A stretch of DNA of 64,000 bases from Meyerozyma guilliermondii (taxonomy: Eukaryota): NCBI GenBank assembly GCA_051546255.1, contig CP128819.1, positions 310,001-374,000 on the forward strand, in the 5' to 3' direction. The notes below the pieces were generated by a model, which made no database searches, was not told where the DNA came from, and worked only from the letters and a program-made list of their open reading frames with translations. The stretch's first letter is position 1. Every line of letters begins with the position of its first letter. This document shows, piece after piece, positions 30,788-41,411 of this stretch. Both the position numbers and the translations under genes were made by a program.

Positions 30788-32779
30788 ATGACGGATTCAG
30801 TAACTATTTTGATAGAACGTTCCAAGACAGGTCTTTCTCAACCACTTTTGGATGAGTTCAGTCTCGTATTAGAAAGATCAGAATTATCTGCCGTCAAAGA
30901 TAAAAATGTCTTGACTTCTTTGATCATGTCGAAAGGTTACTTGAAAGATGTTAATCCCCTGAAATTGTCGTATAGACGCAAGTCGAAGAAGAGCAAGCGC
31001 TACGTTGCATTAGAGACTCCCGAAGATTTCAAAACTCTCGGGAGGAGCTTGAAAGTCAAAAGTCTTGTCAGGTTGCAGTTAAGAGATAGCACTCACGAAA
31101 CGTCTGCGCCTACGGCCACAGATCAGCAATTTCCTGTTGATCTCGGCAAGATGGCTAACGCCTTAGTTGAAGCCGCTATTGAGCATTTTAAGGAAATTGT
31201 ACAAGAGTTGTCTACTTCACATGTGAAACCACTCGACAAAGCTGACTTGCCACCGTCGCTGGTTGTGCACGAGTCAGCATCTTGCGACAAGTGTAGTCCC
31301 ACTGCTTACAAGCCTATCAGGGGAGTGCGCTTCAGGTGTTTAGTTTGTCCTGATTTTGACTTATGTGGCGAATGCGAAGCTGAATTGCAGAAGCTGAAGG
31401 AGTGTGTTGGTGGCCATGAGCCTGATCATACTATGGCCAAAATTATTAAACCAGAAGGAAGATTCGAAATACCATCAAGTTCAAACCAGCCATCAGTCCT
31501 TGATATGCAGTTAAACAACTTCGGTCCTGAAGACAAGGATGTTATTCAAACATTTCTTGCGAATGAAGATTCAAGGGAAATAATGTCGAACTTTCTGCGG
31601 ATATTGCATAATTCAAGGAGATATCAAGAGCTTCTTGGTCTCATCTCAAGTGATACATCAGAAGACAGTGAGTTGCAACATGCAAAAATTTTATCCTTGC
31701 TCGAATCCGCATTAAAAAGCAATCAAGTGAATGACACATCAGGGAACGTACAATTCAAAAAGAAGGAGCTTGCTTCAAATTCCGGTATTCTATCAGTGGT
31801 ACTCACCAACAGTTCGAATGTTCCAGTCGGGGGTGGCGACCTTGAATTCAGATTTTCAGCAGGAGCGACAGCGAAGGAAAGCTTTTGGGTAAACAACACT
31901 TTGCCAATTCTACCTGGGCGCAAGAAGCGGTTCAACTTGCCATCTTTACCCTCGAAATTTACTGATTTGGGTGACATTGAGCTTTCAATTTGGGCTGGCT
32001 CCGTAAAGATTTTGGAATGCCCATTTCTTTTGGACGACACACCAAACTTTGAATTAACGCCCGATTTGGTCGTTGAAAACAATAACTCATCAGACATGGC
32101 CCTGGAAAACGAAGAAGTTCTTGCGGTTAAGATTGTTCCTATCTCATCGGGAATGGCGACAGTACATCTTTCAAATTTGACTTCAAGAGATTTCGATTGC
32201 GGCAACATTACCTTCAAGGTGATGAACTGCTTTGGCCAGACAATATGTGATATGTCGATACGCAAACTGCATGGAATCAAGTCACAAAGATCCGCCAAAT
32301 TCAATATCCCCCTCAGTAGTGGCCACATGAAGTTTCCTTTCAAATTACTAATCTCTAATGGCGCAATCACTGCGGTTTGGGAGTTGAATGCAAAACAATT
32401 GTCTGGTATCTTCAAGATCTCTGAAGAAGGTACTGGAGACACGAAGAATGATGGAGAGTCAACAGATTTTGTGGACGCTGGTAAGGAAATTGAGGATATT
32501 GAAGGTCAGTCGGTTTCGGAGTCTTTAGAGAAGAGTAGGGAGATTTCTCAATCGAGTCAAGTGATACTTCCTAACCTCCCTCGAGAGAGCTTGAACAATT
32601 CAAAACTTTCAAGCTCGGAATATGAAGATGCAGAGTCGTCCTTGATTGCTGCGGAACAAGAGAGTCACACAGATGATATTTCAGACTACGATATCATCAG
32701 CGTTGATGGCGATGTAGTTGATGAGGATGACGAGACTTCGGACTTTGAGGTGTTATCTACAGTGACTAGCGTGTTGTGA
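30788..32779 (+). CDS. NBR1/Atg19-like selective autophagy receptor (PB1-like, ZZ finger, two Ig-like repeats, acidic AIM tail)
   Basis: ZZ finger CDKC...IRGVRFRCLVCPDFDLCGEC...H..DH; two similar beta-rich repeats; AIM-like DYDII and DFEVL near the C-terminus. Confidence 0.75.
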   Translation: MTDSVTILIERSKTGLSQPLLDEFSLVLERSELSAVKDKNVLTSLIMSKGYLKDVNPLKLSYRRKSKKSKRYVALETPEDFKTLGRSLKVKSLVRLQLRDSTHETSAPTATDQQFPVDLGKMANALVEAAIEHFKEIVQELSTSHVKPLDKADLPPSLVVHESASCDKCSPTAYKPIRGVRFRCLVCPDFDLCGECEAELQKLKECVGGHEPDHTMAKIIKPEGRFEIPSSSNQPSVLDMQLNNFGPEDKDVIQTFLANEDSREIMSNFLRILHNSRRYQELLGLISSDTSEDSELQHAKILSLLESALKSNQVNDTSGNVQFKKKELASNSGILSVVLTNSSNVPVGGGDLEFRFSAGATAKESFWVNNTLPILPGRKKRFNLPSLPSKFTDLGDIELSIWAGSVKILECPFLLDDTPNFELTPDLVVENNNSSDMALENEEVLAVKIVPISSGMATVHLSNLTSRDFDCGNITFKVMNCFGQTICDMSIRKLHGIKSQRSAKFNIPLSSGHMKFPFKLLISNGAITAVWELNAKQLSGIFKISEEGTGDTKNDGESTDFVDAGKEIEDIEGQSVSESLEKSREISQSSQVILPNLPRESLNNSKLSSSEYEDAESSLIAAEQESHTDDISDYDIISVDGDVVDEDDETSDFEVLSTVTSVL

Positions 32780-32928
32780 CTGCGAGGTCTCTATTAGTTC
32801 TTAGTTATTTGATGTTTTATGAGTTATATTTTAAAGGAGCTGTGTAGAGTGTATCGAATTTGCGACTTTCATCAATAGAGTCGTGCGGACATCAATTGTA
32901 CTCAGGCTATTACCCTTACAGCCGTTGA

Positions 32929-33711
32929 ATGATGAAAACGTCAATGGCACTTGATAAAAAGCATGATCCGGAAGGTAAGTAAAAGAAACCATGCTGTAAT
33001 CATCCAATATCTAACATCGCAGAACAACGCCTTCGACGCAAATGTCATGAGTTGAGGAAGCGAATAACTGAAGTGGACGAAAGTAATCAAATTGCTACCT
33101 TGGCGTTGTCACGCACAAAGGCGTTCATCAGAAGATTAAGGTTGGAATACGTGATCCTTTTGGAGAGATTGGAGAATCAAAGTGCGGGCGACAAGGGAAC
33201 CGCGGTCAATATTTCATCGAGCCCGCCATCTCCAACTTTGTTGACTGAATCTCTAAATTACAACAATGCTAAGAGCTATGAAACACAGACAGCAAGAACA
33301 TCCTTGACGAACAAAAGCACGAATACATTGCCTGATGCTCCATCCTCGGGAGCACTGCGCCTTCGGGATCCTGAATTACCGAAAAGACCCTCTAACGCGT
33401 ACTTGATATATTGTGAAATAGAAAAGGAGAGAGTCAGACAAGAGTTGGAGGAAGATCCTACAAGTGCACCAAACGACCTTTCCAAAACTTTAACCGAAGA
33501 ATGGAAGAATTTAGATGACGAATCAAGGAAGCCATACTATAAACTTTACGAGGATGACAGAGAGAGATATCATAGGGAGATGTCCATTTATAATCAAAGA
33601 AGGCTGGTAGCTGAAGACGAAGTCAACCATATAGCCGAGCAAGGGAACGTTAAAAGGATAAAGATCAACATGGACAATGAAATCAAAAAAGAGAGCCAGA
33701 ATAAAGAGTAG
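32929..33711 (+). CDS. NHP10: INO80 subunit Nhp10 (HMG box); 2 exons (32929-32974, 33023-33711)
   Basis: 48-nt intron GTAAGT...CTAAC...CAG (32975-33022) joins in frame. Contains IRRLRLEYVILLERLE and the HMG box RDPELPKRPSNAYLIYCE. Confidence 0.88.
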
Positions 33712-33788
33712 GTTAATTATAATGACTCAAGTACTTTAGAACTTTTAAATGAGAGGCTAATTATGCACAACTTTATAAAAAACAGTTT

Positions 33789-36700
33789 TCAGACACCCGT
33801 CCGCCTCTTTTTTGGTTTGTAATAGCCATTCTCGTCCTTTTCATGCTTCCTCTTTTCTCTAAACCGCTCATGTTTTCTTAATTTTCGTTTTGCAAAGGCA
33901 TCAGGTGCAATGATGGCTGTTTGGGCCCTTTTGACCTTTCTATCTTGTCTTCGTTGACTGATAATATTTTGCACCCTAGCATAAACTGCAGTATAATCAG
34001 ACACTCCAAGACGACTTTCAATCACCTCCAAGCATTCTTGCGAAAGGTTGCGAAGAGTTTCATCAGAGTCATTAGTGCTCAACAAATCGATCAAGTTAAC
34101 AAGTGCAAGAATGATAGTTTCCGATTGCTCTAACAAGTATTTCACGCTGACCTTTTCACTCAAAATCTTCAACAACTTGAGGGATATCTTCTTTGACGTT
34201 ACAAAATCTTGTTGATTAGCATCTTGACGCAAAAGTCCACAAATTCTGGCGAGCACGAAGTCAGTGGCCAAAGCGTACCTTGTTTCCCCCTCTCGCTCCT
34301 CTAAAATCTCGTAGGGAGTGGAATTTTCTTGCCATTGAAGTGTTATAAGTAGAAGGTTGTTCATGGCGTATTCGCCAAGCTCTTCCGTGATAGATGGTGC
34401 AGAGAGTTGTCTCAACAACCTGTACGCTATCGTTTGAGTTTCGTAGCTTGTCACATTGATCTCAGCTTCATCTCTTCGTGCAAGGTACATCCCCACTAAG
34501 CGAGAAGCGACTAAACGAACCCATGAATGAGGGTATAGGAGCACGGAGAACACCTTTTTCCACAAACCCTCAAACCTTTTCGTAAAAATGCCTTTAGAAT
34601 TACTCTGAGCAACGGATGAAAATGTAACTAACAGTGAGTAAATATCTTCCCACTCCGCATGCTGCGTTGAAGACCCGTCTTTATTTTCACCCTCTTTCAA
34701 GAGTGTGTCAATATTGCCAATGGCTAAATCATCCAATTTAGCGTTAAAGTTAAATCCAAACTCATCAATGTAGATATTATAGACATTGAGACCGCAGCGC
34801 AAAAGCATAGTGTTCGACTTTTGGTTCATCCATGCGAAACAATACGTTTCAAGAGTTTGCAAAGTCTCTTTGCTTGCTTTACCCAAAAGGTTCTTCAAAA
34901 TTGATGCGGCCATTTCCCGACACAACCTAGATTCGTCGTTAATCGTCACATTTGATAGAACGACGAAAAAAGAAGAGGCGAGACTGTCTATTAAGACGGT
35001 ACCAGCTTTGATAACAATTGAGTTTAGAAGTTCCATGACTGACTGACGTCCCTCCTCTGTAGGATAGCCCAAATTATTGACCAAAAATTTAAACTCCTTT
35101 TGAAGCTTGCCCTTACCTTGATCGTACTCCATCAAAAACAGAAGATAAACGCTTCTAGCCATGTTTCTGACATCTCGATGGTGATTGACAACCATGATTT
35201 TGGATATATTACCCATAATATCGTATACCTCGGGTATCAAAATATGCTGTGCCACCACTGCCTTCACGAAGTTGAACGCATTACCTTGAGAAGTTGACTC
35301 CTCCAAACTTGGAAGTATTCTGGTTAAGAGATACCCAATAGTGTTGTCCTTGACTTGAATTTCGGGCCTATGTCTTACAATTGATGCCAAAAAGCGAAGA
35401 CAAACTTGCGATAACTCTGAAGTGATGGTTGGACTGTTCTTGATATTGGCGATGGCTTTCCGGAACGCCAACTTCAAAATATCAAGTTCCTCCTGGTCAA
35501 ATGGAAGTCGGACGAGTAGCATCAAAACTTTGAAAGCGGAAATAGCAGATTGGTCACTACTGAATGAAACTGCGTGATTCAAGTAAGGAAGGAAGCCCTT
35601 AACATTACCAACTGTCCTTAATTCTTCATTTCGTGTTACCGCAGTGCGGAACATCTCCAAGGCAAACCTTTGCGTGGTGGAAACAAAAAATGTGCGATCA
35701 ACATCCATCTTCTTGGAGTTTTTGTCTAGATTCACCATAAAGTGGCTCTGCGACTGAGACACTGCTTTTGTCGCCGAATCGACCTGTTCTAGCGACTGAC
35801 TGAAGATTTCATAAGATAAAAGAAGCACGTTTTTAGAATTTGCCTCTTCGTTGTGGTTTAGGCCCAAAGCGTACCTTCTCAATAGTTCATCAATCTTCTT
35901 CTGGACGTTGAGTGAAGCATTTTCTCTCAATATCAACTTTACAGGATCAAGTATAGTATCGAACTGAGTCAAACTCACGAAAGATGCCAAGATCTCCGCC
36001 GTATCAAAGCTCTTCTTGTGCTTGACTTCTTTCATCTTACTGTGGTAGCCTTCAGCATCCTTCTCTTGTCCTGCAGCACCGAAGATATCTTCCATTATAA
36101 TTTCAACAATCATCCTGCAAGACTCATCCAAGCTCCCAGGCTGGAGATGAGAGGACAACGAAGTGATAAGGAAATGCAACGTGAAGCTTAGAACATGAAT
36201 CTGAGACCCTCTTGACAACGCAGTTTTTAATTCCTTGCAGAAGAATAAAAGATAATCGCTTCCCAACTGAACCAAAATACGACCCAAGGACTTACGCACA
36301 GCATCTCGCAATTCCTCAGACCGGGACCGGAGGACTTGGCACAAACTTGTTAATGCACTAGTGAGATGGATGTTTCGCAAACTGTCAGAAATGCACATCA
36401 GCAAATTAACTACTCCTTCTCCTAGTTGAATTCTGGAAACGATGGTCTCATCGTTACGCGTTGACAAAACCTTAATTATTATTGGAAGGACATCTGTCGA
36501 AAAGCTGCTATCAATGATTTCTTGAGAAGGAATATTAGCAAACGTATCGGTCAAAATACCAGATCTGAAGTTTTCAATTGCACCTAATGCAGCTTCAGAG
36601 AGTGCCACAACCAAACTGACATGGACTCCCAACAGTTCTTCTTTTCTACCCTTTAGTAACGAGAGGTATCGAGAAAGGACAGCACGGAACTGTGTCCAAC

Positions 36701-39700
36701 TAAGTCTTCGGGCAAGTAAACTTATCGTTTTAATACTCTCGTTTGAGACATTTCTCATTCTCTCGTCATCAGTAACAGAGTAGTATTCAATCATTGGCAA
36801 GATGTAGTGAGCAATACTTGAACTGGTTAATTGCTCGCGATAATCTCTGATCCTCATAATAGCTCTTTGACGACGATGGATCTGAATATGGTTTATGTTT
36901 CTGAAAAAGTTTGCTTCTTCATCATTATTGAATAAGAGCACTTTCATGTCGTCCAAGTCAGTGTAATACCGTGCATTCTCAATCAAGTATGCCAAAAAAG
37001 TAACATGCTCAGACTGTACGTCGGCATTACGATTGCGGAGACCACTCCTGATGTGTGGCAAAATCACATCCTTTAAAACGTGAATATATGGAGTCGATTC
37101 CTCAGCAGTACTTTTCTTAGAAAAGCAATCGACAAAACGACATAACAAAAAAGAACCATTAGTTCTCATTGTAAGTTCAGACTCATCGTTGATGTAGTAG
37201 AGAGCACAGTAAATAAAAGGCATCCATTGTCTCACGTTGAGGTCTGGATATAGAACTTCATTCACCTCCCGAAAAGCCAGGAGTCGTTGATCAAAATCAG
37301 GCTCATTTCTTGTAGCTTTGAAAGCATTCATCTTCTTCAAGAGCTCAGTAGTTAACCTGACATCATCCAATTTGGTACCAATCTCAACAAAAATATTCAG
37401 AAGGACCTGTCGCTGGTCCCGTTCCTTTGTAGATCTCAAACGTTTGCAGCATATATCATAAACACTCCATAGTTCGGATTCTTCAAATCCTGATGCTTCG
37501 AGAATCGAAGACATCGCCTGAAGAACTAGCAAGGTCTGGCCACTTTCTAAACTTGAACGGTCTAAAGCGTGCTTCAATGAGTCGAGTAAGGACGATCGGG
37601 TTGAGATATCATCAACATAATTGCCCTGAATCAAGTGTAATAGAAGCTGTACTGACTTTTCAATAACTTCTTCACTTTCCGATTCCAGTATTAGGTTGGG
37701 TAAGTTGCGAAGGATGCCCTCTACCAAAATAGCTAAGAAAGTGAATAGCCTATCATCATCAACAGATTTCACCGATAATGATTTGAAACAAAAGTCAAGT
37801 ATTGCTAGAACGACCGAGCCTTTGATAAACTTGTTGGAAAGAAGTGAGACAATGGCCCGACAAAGATGAAAGTCGTCATGATATAATAGGGCTCTCGATG
37901 ACAGATAGTCAACTAAGCTAGTAAACACACTCAAAAGTGCAGAAGGTTGTTGCAAGTTTTCTTGAGAAAAAGCTGCTAATCTTGGCGCAAACACCTTTTC
38001 GAATAAAACTGCGCTATAGTTCTGCCACGGCGCCGTCTCTCCAAGAAATTTGACAACAGAAGCAAAGCATCTCAAGCCCGTCAGTCTGACCTGCTTTGCA
38101 ATTTTGAACTCGACCTCGTTCTTGTCTTCTCCTCTAGTAATATACGTTTGTGCCAAAACCAATCCATAGATTATTGGTTCTATGATCAGAAGAAATGACG
38201 ATCGTTTAGAAGGACTGATCACTTCCACTAACTCATTTATAAGATTGTAGAAACCAAGGCATTTTCTTAGTTCGGCTTGCGTTATGTTGGAATCGTGTGA
38301 AATGTTGACATAAGACTGGTAATCTAAACGACTGGAACCAATTCGAAGGAAGAGAGTAATCTCGGGCTCCTCGAGGTTTCCAAGCGCTTGAAATACAGCA
38401 TGCTTTTTGCCCATACTACTGTTGCTTTTGTAGGTCCTTTGAGCTCTACCAAACAAAATGTGCAAGGCGATATTGATCACTTGTGGAAAGTCTGGGGCCT
38501 CGATAACAGAAGTAGAATCCGCCGATAAGAACGTAACGATCTCATCTCTAAAAAGTGAATCATCTAGAAGATTGTTGAAATGATCCCTGTACTTGTTGAT
38601 AGCTTGATCTTGAAAGTTGAATATTATGTCCAATGCCAATTTCTGCCCCTCGCTCTGTCTGCTAGACAAAAGCTTGAGTATATGGGCATGCAATCTTTCC
38701 TTGTCTTCGAGTTTCTTTAAGTGCTTTGTCTTGGCGATAATACCAATGAATAAGTTTCTTTCTTTCATAGTCCAAGGCGATCCCATGGAAGAATCGAAAT
38801 CGTTGTCTTCGCCGTCGATTATTTTGCAGATCAATGAGGCTAACACACGCAAGTGTTCTTGCCAAAAGGACGGTATTGCGCTTAGGACCTTGATTGCCTG
38901 AGTCCGCATTAATGACGGGTATTCCTCTTCATTACCTTCTCTTATTGAGTGTATAATAGCATTCAGGGGAGTCAAATAAGGCGACATGTGAACATCAAAA
39001 ATAGTCTTGAAATTACCCTTCAATCTTTGATCGTCAGCGAACCACAGTTCATCAGCCACTGAAGAATCTTCGTGTAATTGACTCTTTTCTGTTTGTCCTG
39101 AGTAAGACTTGCAAATAAACTCAATTGATCCCTCCCATAAGCCAGAGTATAACTTATTACACACAGAAGGGATACACTCGATTACAGCATCCGAGCAGGG
39201 CTGAAATTTGTTGGAAAGGAGACCGAACGTATAGTTAAACATAATTTGTGAGTCGAGCTCAGAAATGTTCACTTCTTGTTGAAAGGCAGAATAAAGATTT
39301 CTGATTTTTAATGTTACATCCCTGGAGGATTCCACAGTCAATGGGATCTGTTCAATAGTTTCTACCTGTGAGATGATGGAGCTAGGACTTTCGATGTAGC
39401 TCAAAATCAACCTAATCAAGTGAGCAGACCTTTCTCTGCATCCACGATTAGGCAACCTCAAGTTTTTCACTAGCATAGAGCAAATATTGCTAAGCTCAAC
39501 TTCAGATGCTTGAACAGAAGGGTACGCATTGATGAACTTAACGAAAGCTTCCAAAAAGGAGACGTATGTTCTATAATTGTCGAATTTGTCACATGATTGG
39601 CTGAAAACATCGGCTAGAGATTTTTCACCTAAACGATCTTTGTTGGAAGAGATTATGTTAATGATCAACGAAGCAGCATATGCCCGTTCAGGAGTGACAT

Positions 39701-41276
39701 CGTTGTAGCTCCATATTTGCTCCAATTTTTTACACAAGACGTGCAATACCTCAGAGTCTACCGTAATGTGTCTCATTATTACGAGTGCAGAACATGAAAA
39801 GGGCAATTCATCATCATTATTTCCGGATGACTTTATGCTTTGTAACGCCATACGTGATATGTTTTTGGGTAATGTCAAGGTGTTTGATAAACCTTTATTG
39901 TGAGTGTTCATGAGAAAATATGACAAGGGTAATACCACATTAGAATTCTCATTCGACACTAAGAATTCTTGGATCAGTTTGGTTACCTGCAATGACTTTA
40001 AAGTGTCTTGTGCTAGCGCATAGCTACCCTCGATTAATGCAAAAAAAAATTTTCCACCGTCCAATTGTGAGCCTCCAGATATCAATTTTTTGAAGTACTT
40101 CATCAACTCATTTGCGGGTGTATTACGAATCATCACACAGTAGAGGTAAATTAATGAATCATGTAACGTTTGCGATTTCTCTTTATGTGAGTTTGCAATT
40201 TTTGTAATCTTTTCTGTATGACTGAAGATGACATTCCACAGAGAGTTTTTCTTACCAGAATCCGCAAATGACAAGGACAAAAGAAAATGCACCGAAGTAA
40301 TCAAATCCAATTGCAGCGGATTCTGACCAAGATGAGCATTTAATAGCTGAAGCGTGGTGTTATAGACTTTGTTGCTGTTTTCAACACTGCCAAAATTAAT
40401 GAGTAGGAGAATCAATTTGGAGACCACCAGAGTTACGAATTCTCTATTCTCGTCAATGGTGAGTGTTATTTTTATGAGACTTCCTAAGGTGTTCATGGAT
40501 CTTGAGTGCAATGCACCTTCAGTACCTTTCATTGCTTCTCCGTATAACACCACTAATGCCTCACGGTAAACCGCATTTGATCTTAGTTCGTGGCCATGAC
40601 TAACGAAGGTGTGATGTATCGTCTTTTGTAAATGCTCGGCAGGTTGTTTTCGTATCAAGTAGGACATAGCTTCTGCACTGAATCGAGAAAGATATGATTT
40701 TTTGATCGAAACTAAGAGAGGCAATAATGCGTCAAATGTAGTAGTGAGATCACTGACCAATGACTTGGAAAGGTATTTGAATGTAAACGCCAAACAATTG
40801 AAGCACCACTCTAAAACATTCGAAGAGTTTCTATTATTTTGTGATTCGTTCGGTTCTATTTTAAGGATGGTTTCTGTGATCAAGGCGAGTGCATCGGGGT
40901 AGTAGACCATGAAATCGGGTCCAAGATCGTGAATAAACTGGGATAGTAATTCAAGTAGCGGCTCGAGCGAAAATGGGTCTACAATTTGGATATGACGGAC
41001 CAAAGTGTCAAAGATATGCTTCTGATGATGTAACAACTGAGGAAGAGACTGACAGTATGAATTAACTTGGTCAAAAAACTCAGTAAAGTTGCCACTGAGA
41101 TTTACTTCAGCCCAATGTTCCAATGTAGAGCGAAAATGGGAAGTCTCAACTTCATCGTATGGCCTCACCAGTAAGTTCAAATTAGGCTCTATCTTAGTAG
41201 CCTCAATTCTCTCCTTGAAGGAAGAGAAATTGTGTCTTCTTGAGGACTTTGAGCTCTTCACAATTCTTTTGCTCAT
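33789..41276 (-). CDS. UTP20: U3 snoRNP/SSU processome HEAT-repeat protein Utp20
   Basis: 2495 aa. N-terminal RRHNFSSFKERI, NHIQIHRRQRA, LSRGSQIHVLSFT, LLYPHSWVR and a basic C-terminus. Confidence 0.96.
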   Translation of the reverse strand: MSKRIVKSSKSSRRHNFSSFKERIEATKIEPNLNLLVRPYDEVETSHFRSTLEHWAEVNLSGNFTEFFDQVNSYCQSLPQLLHHQKHIFDTLVRHIQIVDPFSLEPLLELLSQFIHDLGPDFMVYYPDALALITETILKIEPNESQNNRNSSNVLEWCFNCLAFTFKYLSKSLVSDLTTTFDALLPLLVSIKKSYLSRFSAEAMSYLIRKQPAEHLQKTIHHTFVSHGHELRSNAVYREALVVLYGEAMKGTEGALHSRSMNTLGSLIKITLTIDENREFVTLVVSKLILLLINFGSVENSNKVYNTTLQLLNAHLGQNPLQLDLITSVHFLLSLSFADSGKKNSLWNVIFSHTEKITKIANSHKEKSQTLHDSLIYLYCVMIRNTPANELMKYFKKLISGGSQLDGGKFFFALIEGSYALAQDTLKSLQVTKLIQEFLVSNENSNVVLPLSYFLMNTHNKGLSNTLTLPKNISRMALQSIKSSGNNDDELPFSCSALVIMRHITVDSEVLHVLCKKLEQIWSYNDVTPERAYAASLIINIISSNKDRLGEKSLADVFSQSCDKFDNYRTYVSFLEAFVKFINAYPSVQASEVELSNICSMLVKNLRLPNRGCRERSAHLIRLILSYIESPSSIISQVETIEQIPLTVESSRDVTLKIRNLYSAFQQEVNISELDSQIMFNYTFGLLSNKFQPCSDAVIECIPSVCNKLYSGLWEGSIEFICKSYSGQTEKSQLHEDSSVADELWFADDQRLKGNFKTIFDVHMSPYLTPLNAIIHSIREGNEEEYPSLMRTQAIKVLSAIPSFWQEHLRVLASLICKIIDGEDNDFDSSMGSPWTMKERNLFIGIIAKTKHLKKLEDKERLHAHILKLLSSRQSEGQKLALDIIFNFQDQAINKYRDHFNNLLDDSLFRDEIVTFLSADSTSVIEAPDFPQVINIALHILFGRAQRTYKSNSSMGKKHAVFQALGNLEEPEITLFLRIGSSRLDYQSYVNISHDSNITQAELRKCLGFYNLINELVEVISPSKRSSFLLIIEPIIYGLVLAQTYITRGEDKNEVEFKIAKQVRLTGLRCFASVVKFLGETAPWQNYSAVLFEKVFAPRLAAFSQENLQQPSALLSVFTSLVDYLSSRALLYHDDFHLCRAIVSLLSNKFIKGSVVLAILDFCFKSLSVKSVDDDRLFTFLAILVEGILRNLPNLILESESEEVIEKSVQLLLHLIQGNYVDDISTRSSLLDSLKHALDRSSLESGQTLLVLQAMSSILEASGFEESELWSVYDICCKRLRSTKERDQRQVLLNIFVEIGTKLDDVRLTTELLKKMNAFKATRNEPDFDQRLLAFREVNEVLYPDLNVRQWMPFIYCALYYINDESELTMRTNGSFLLCRFVDCFSKKSTAEESTPYIHVLKDVILPHIRSGLRNRNADVQSEHVTFLAYLIENARYYTDLDDMKVLLFNNDEEANFFRNINHIQIHRRQRAIMRIRDYREQLTSSSIAHYILPMIEYYSVTDDERMRNVSNESIKTISLLARRLSWTQFRAVLSRYLSLLKGRKEELLGVHVSLVVALSEAALGAIENFRSGILTDTFANIPSQEIIDSSFSTDVLPIIIKVLSTRNDETIVSRIQLGEGVVNLLMCISDSLRNIHLTSALTSLCQVLRSRSEELRDAVRKSLGRILVQLGSDYLLFFCKELKTALSRGSQIHVLSFTLHFLITSLSSHLQPGSLDESCRMIVEIIMEDIFGAAGQEKDAEGYHSKMKEVKHKKSFDTAEILASFVSLTQFDTILDPVKLILRENASLNVQKKIDELLRRYALGLNHNEEANSKNVLLLSYEIFSQSLEQVDSATKAVSQSQSHFMVNLDKNSKKMDVDRTFFVSTTQRFALEMFRTAVTRNEELRTVGNVKGFLPYLNHAVSFSSDQSAISAFKVLMLLVRLPFDQEELDILKLAFRKAIANIKNSPTITSELSQVCLRFLASIVRHRPEIQVKDNTIGYLLTRILPSLEESTSQGNAFNFVKAVVAQHILIPEVYDIMGNISKIMVVNHHRDVRNMARSVYLLFLMEYDQGKGKLQKEFKFLVNNLGYPTEEGRQSVMELLNSIVIKAGTVLIDSLASSFFVVLSNVTINDESRLCREMAASILKNLLGKASKETLQTLETYCFAWMNQKSNTMLLRCGLNVYNIYIDEFGFNFNAKLDDLAIGNIDTLLKEGENKDGSSTQHAEWEDIYSLLVTFSSVAQSNSKGIFTKRFEGLWKKVFSVLLYPHSWVRLVASRLVGMYLARRDEAEINVTSYETQTIAYRLLRQLSAPSITEELGEYAMNNLLLITLQWQENSTPYEILEEREGETRYALATDFVLARICGLLRQDANQQDFVTSKKISLKLLKILSEKVSVKYLLEQSETIILALVNLIDLLSTNDSDETLRNLSQECLEVIESRLGVSDYTAVYARVQNIISQRRQDRKVKRAQTAIIAPDAFAKRKLRKHERFREKRKHEKDENGYYKPKKRRTGV

Positions 41277-41411
41277 CGCTGCAAGAGGTTCTACTGTGCG
41301 CTGCGATGCTCATCTTACAAAAAGATTTATGCCGAGACACGACTTTCTCAATCTAGAGCGAAGACGCCAGGCGCTTATGGTGAGCACTATCCGAATATTC
41401 ATATAGATAAA

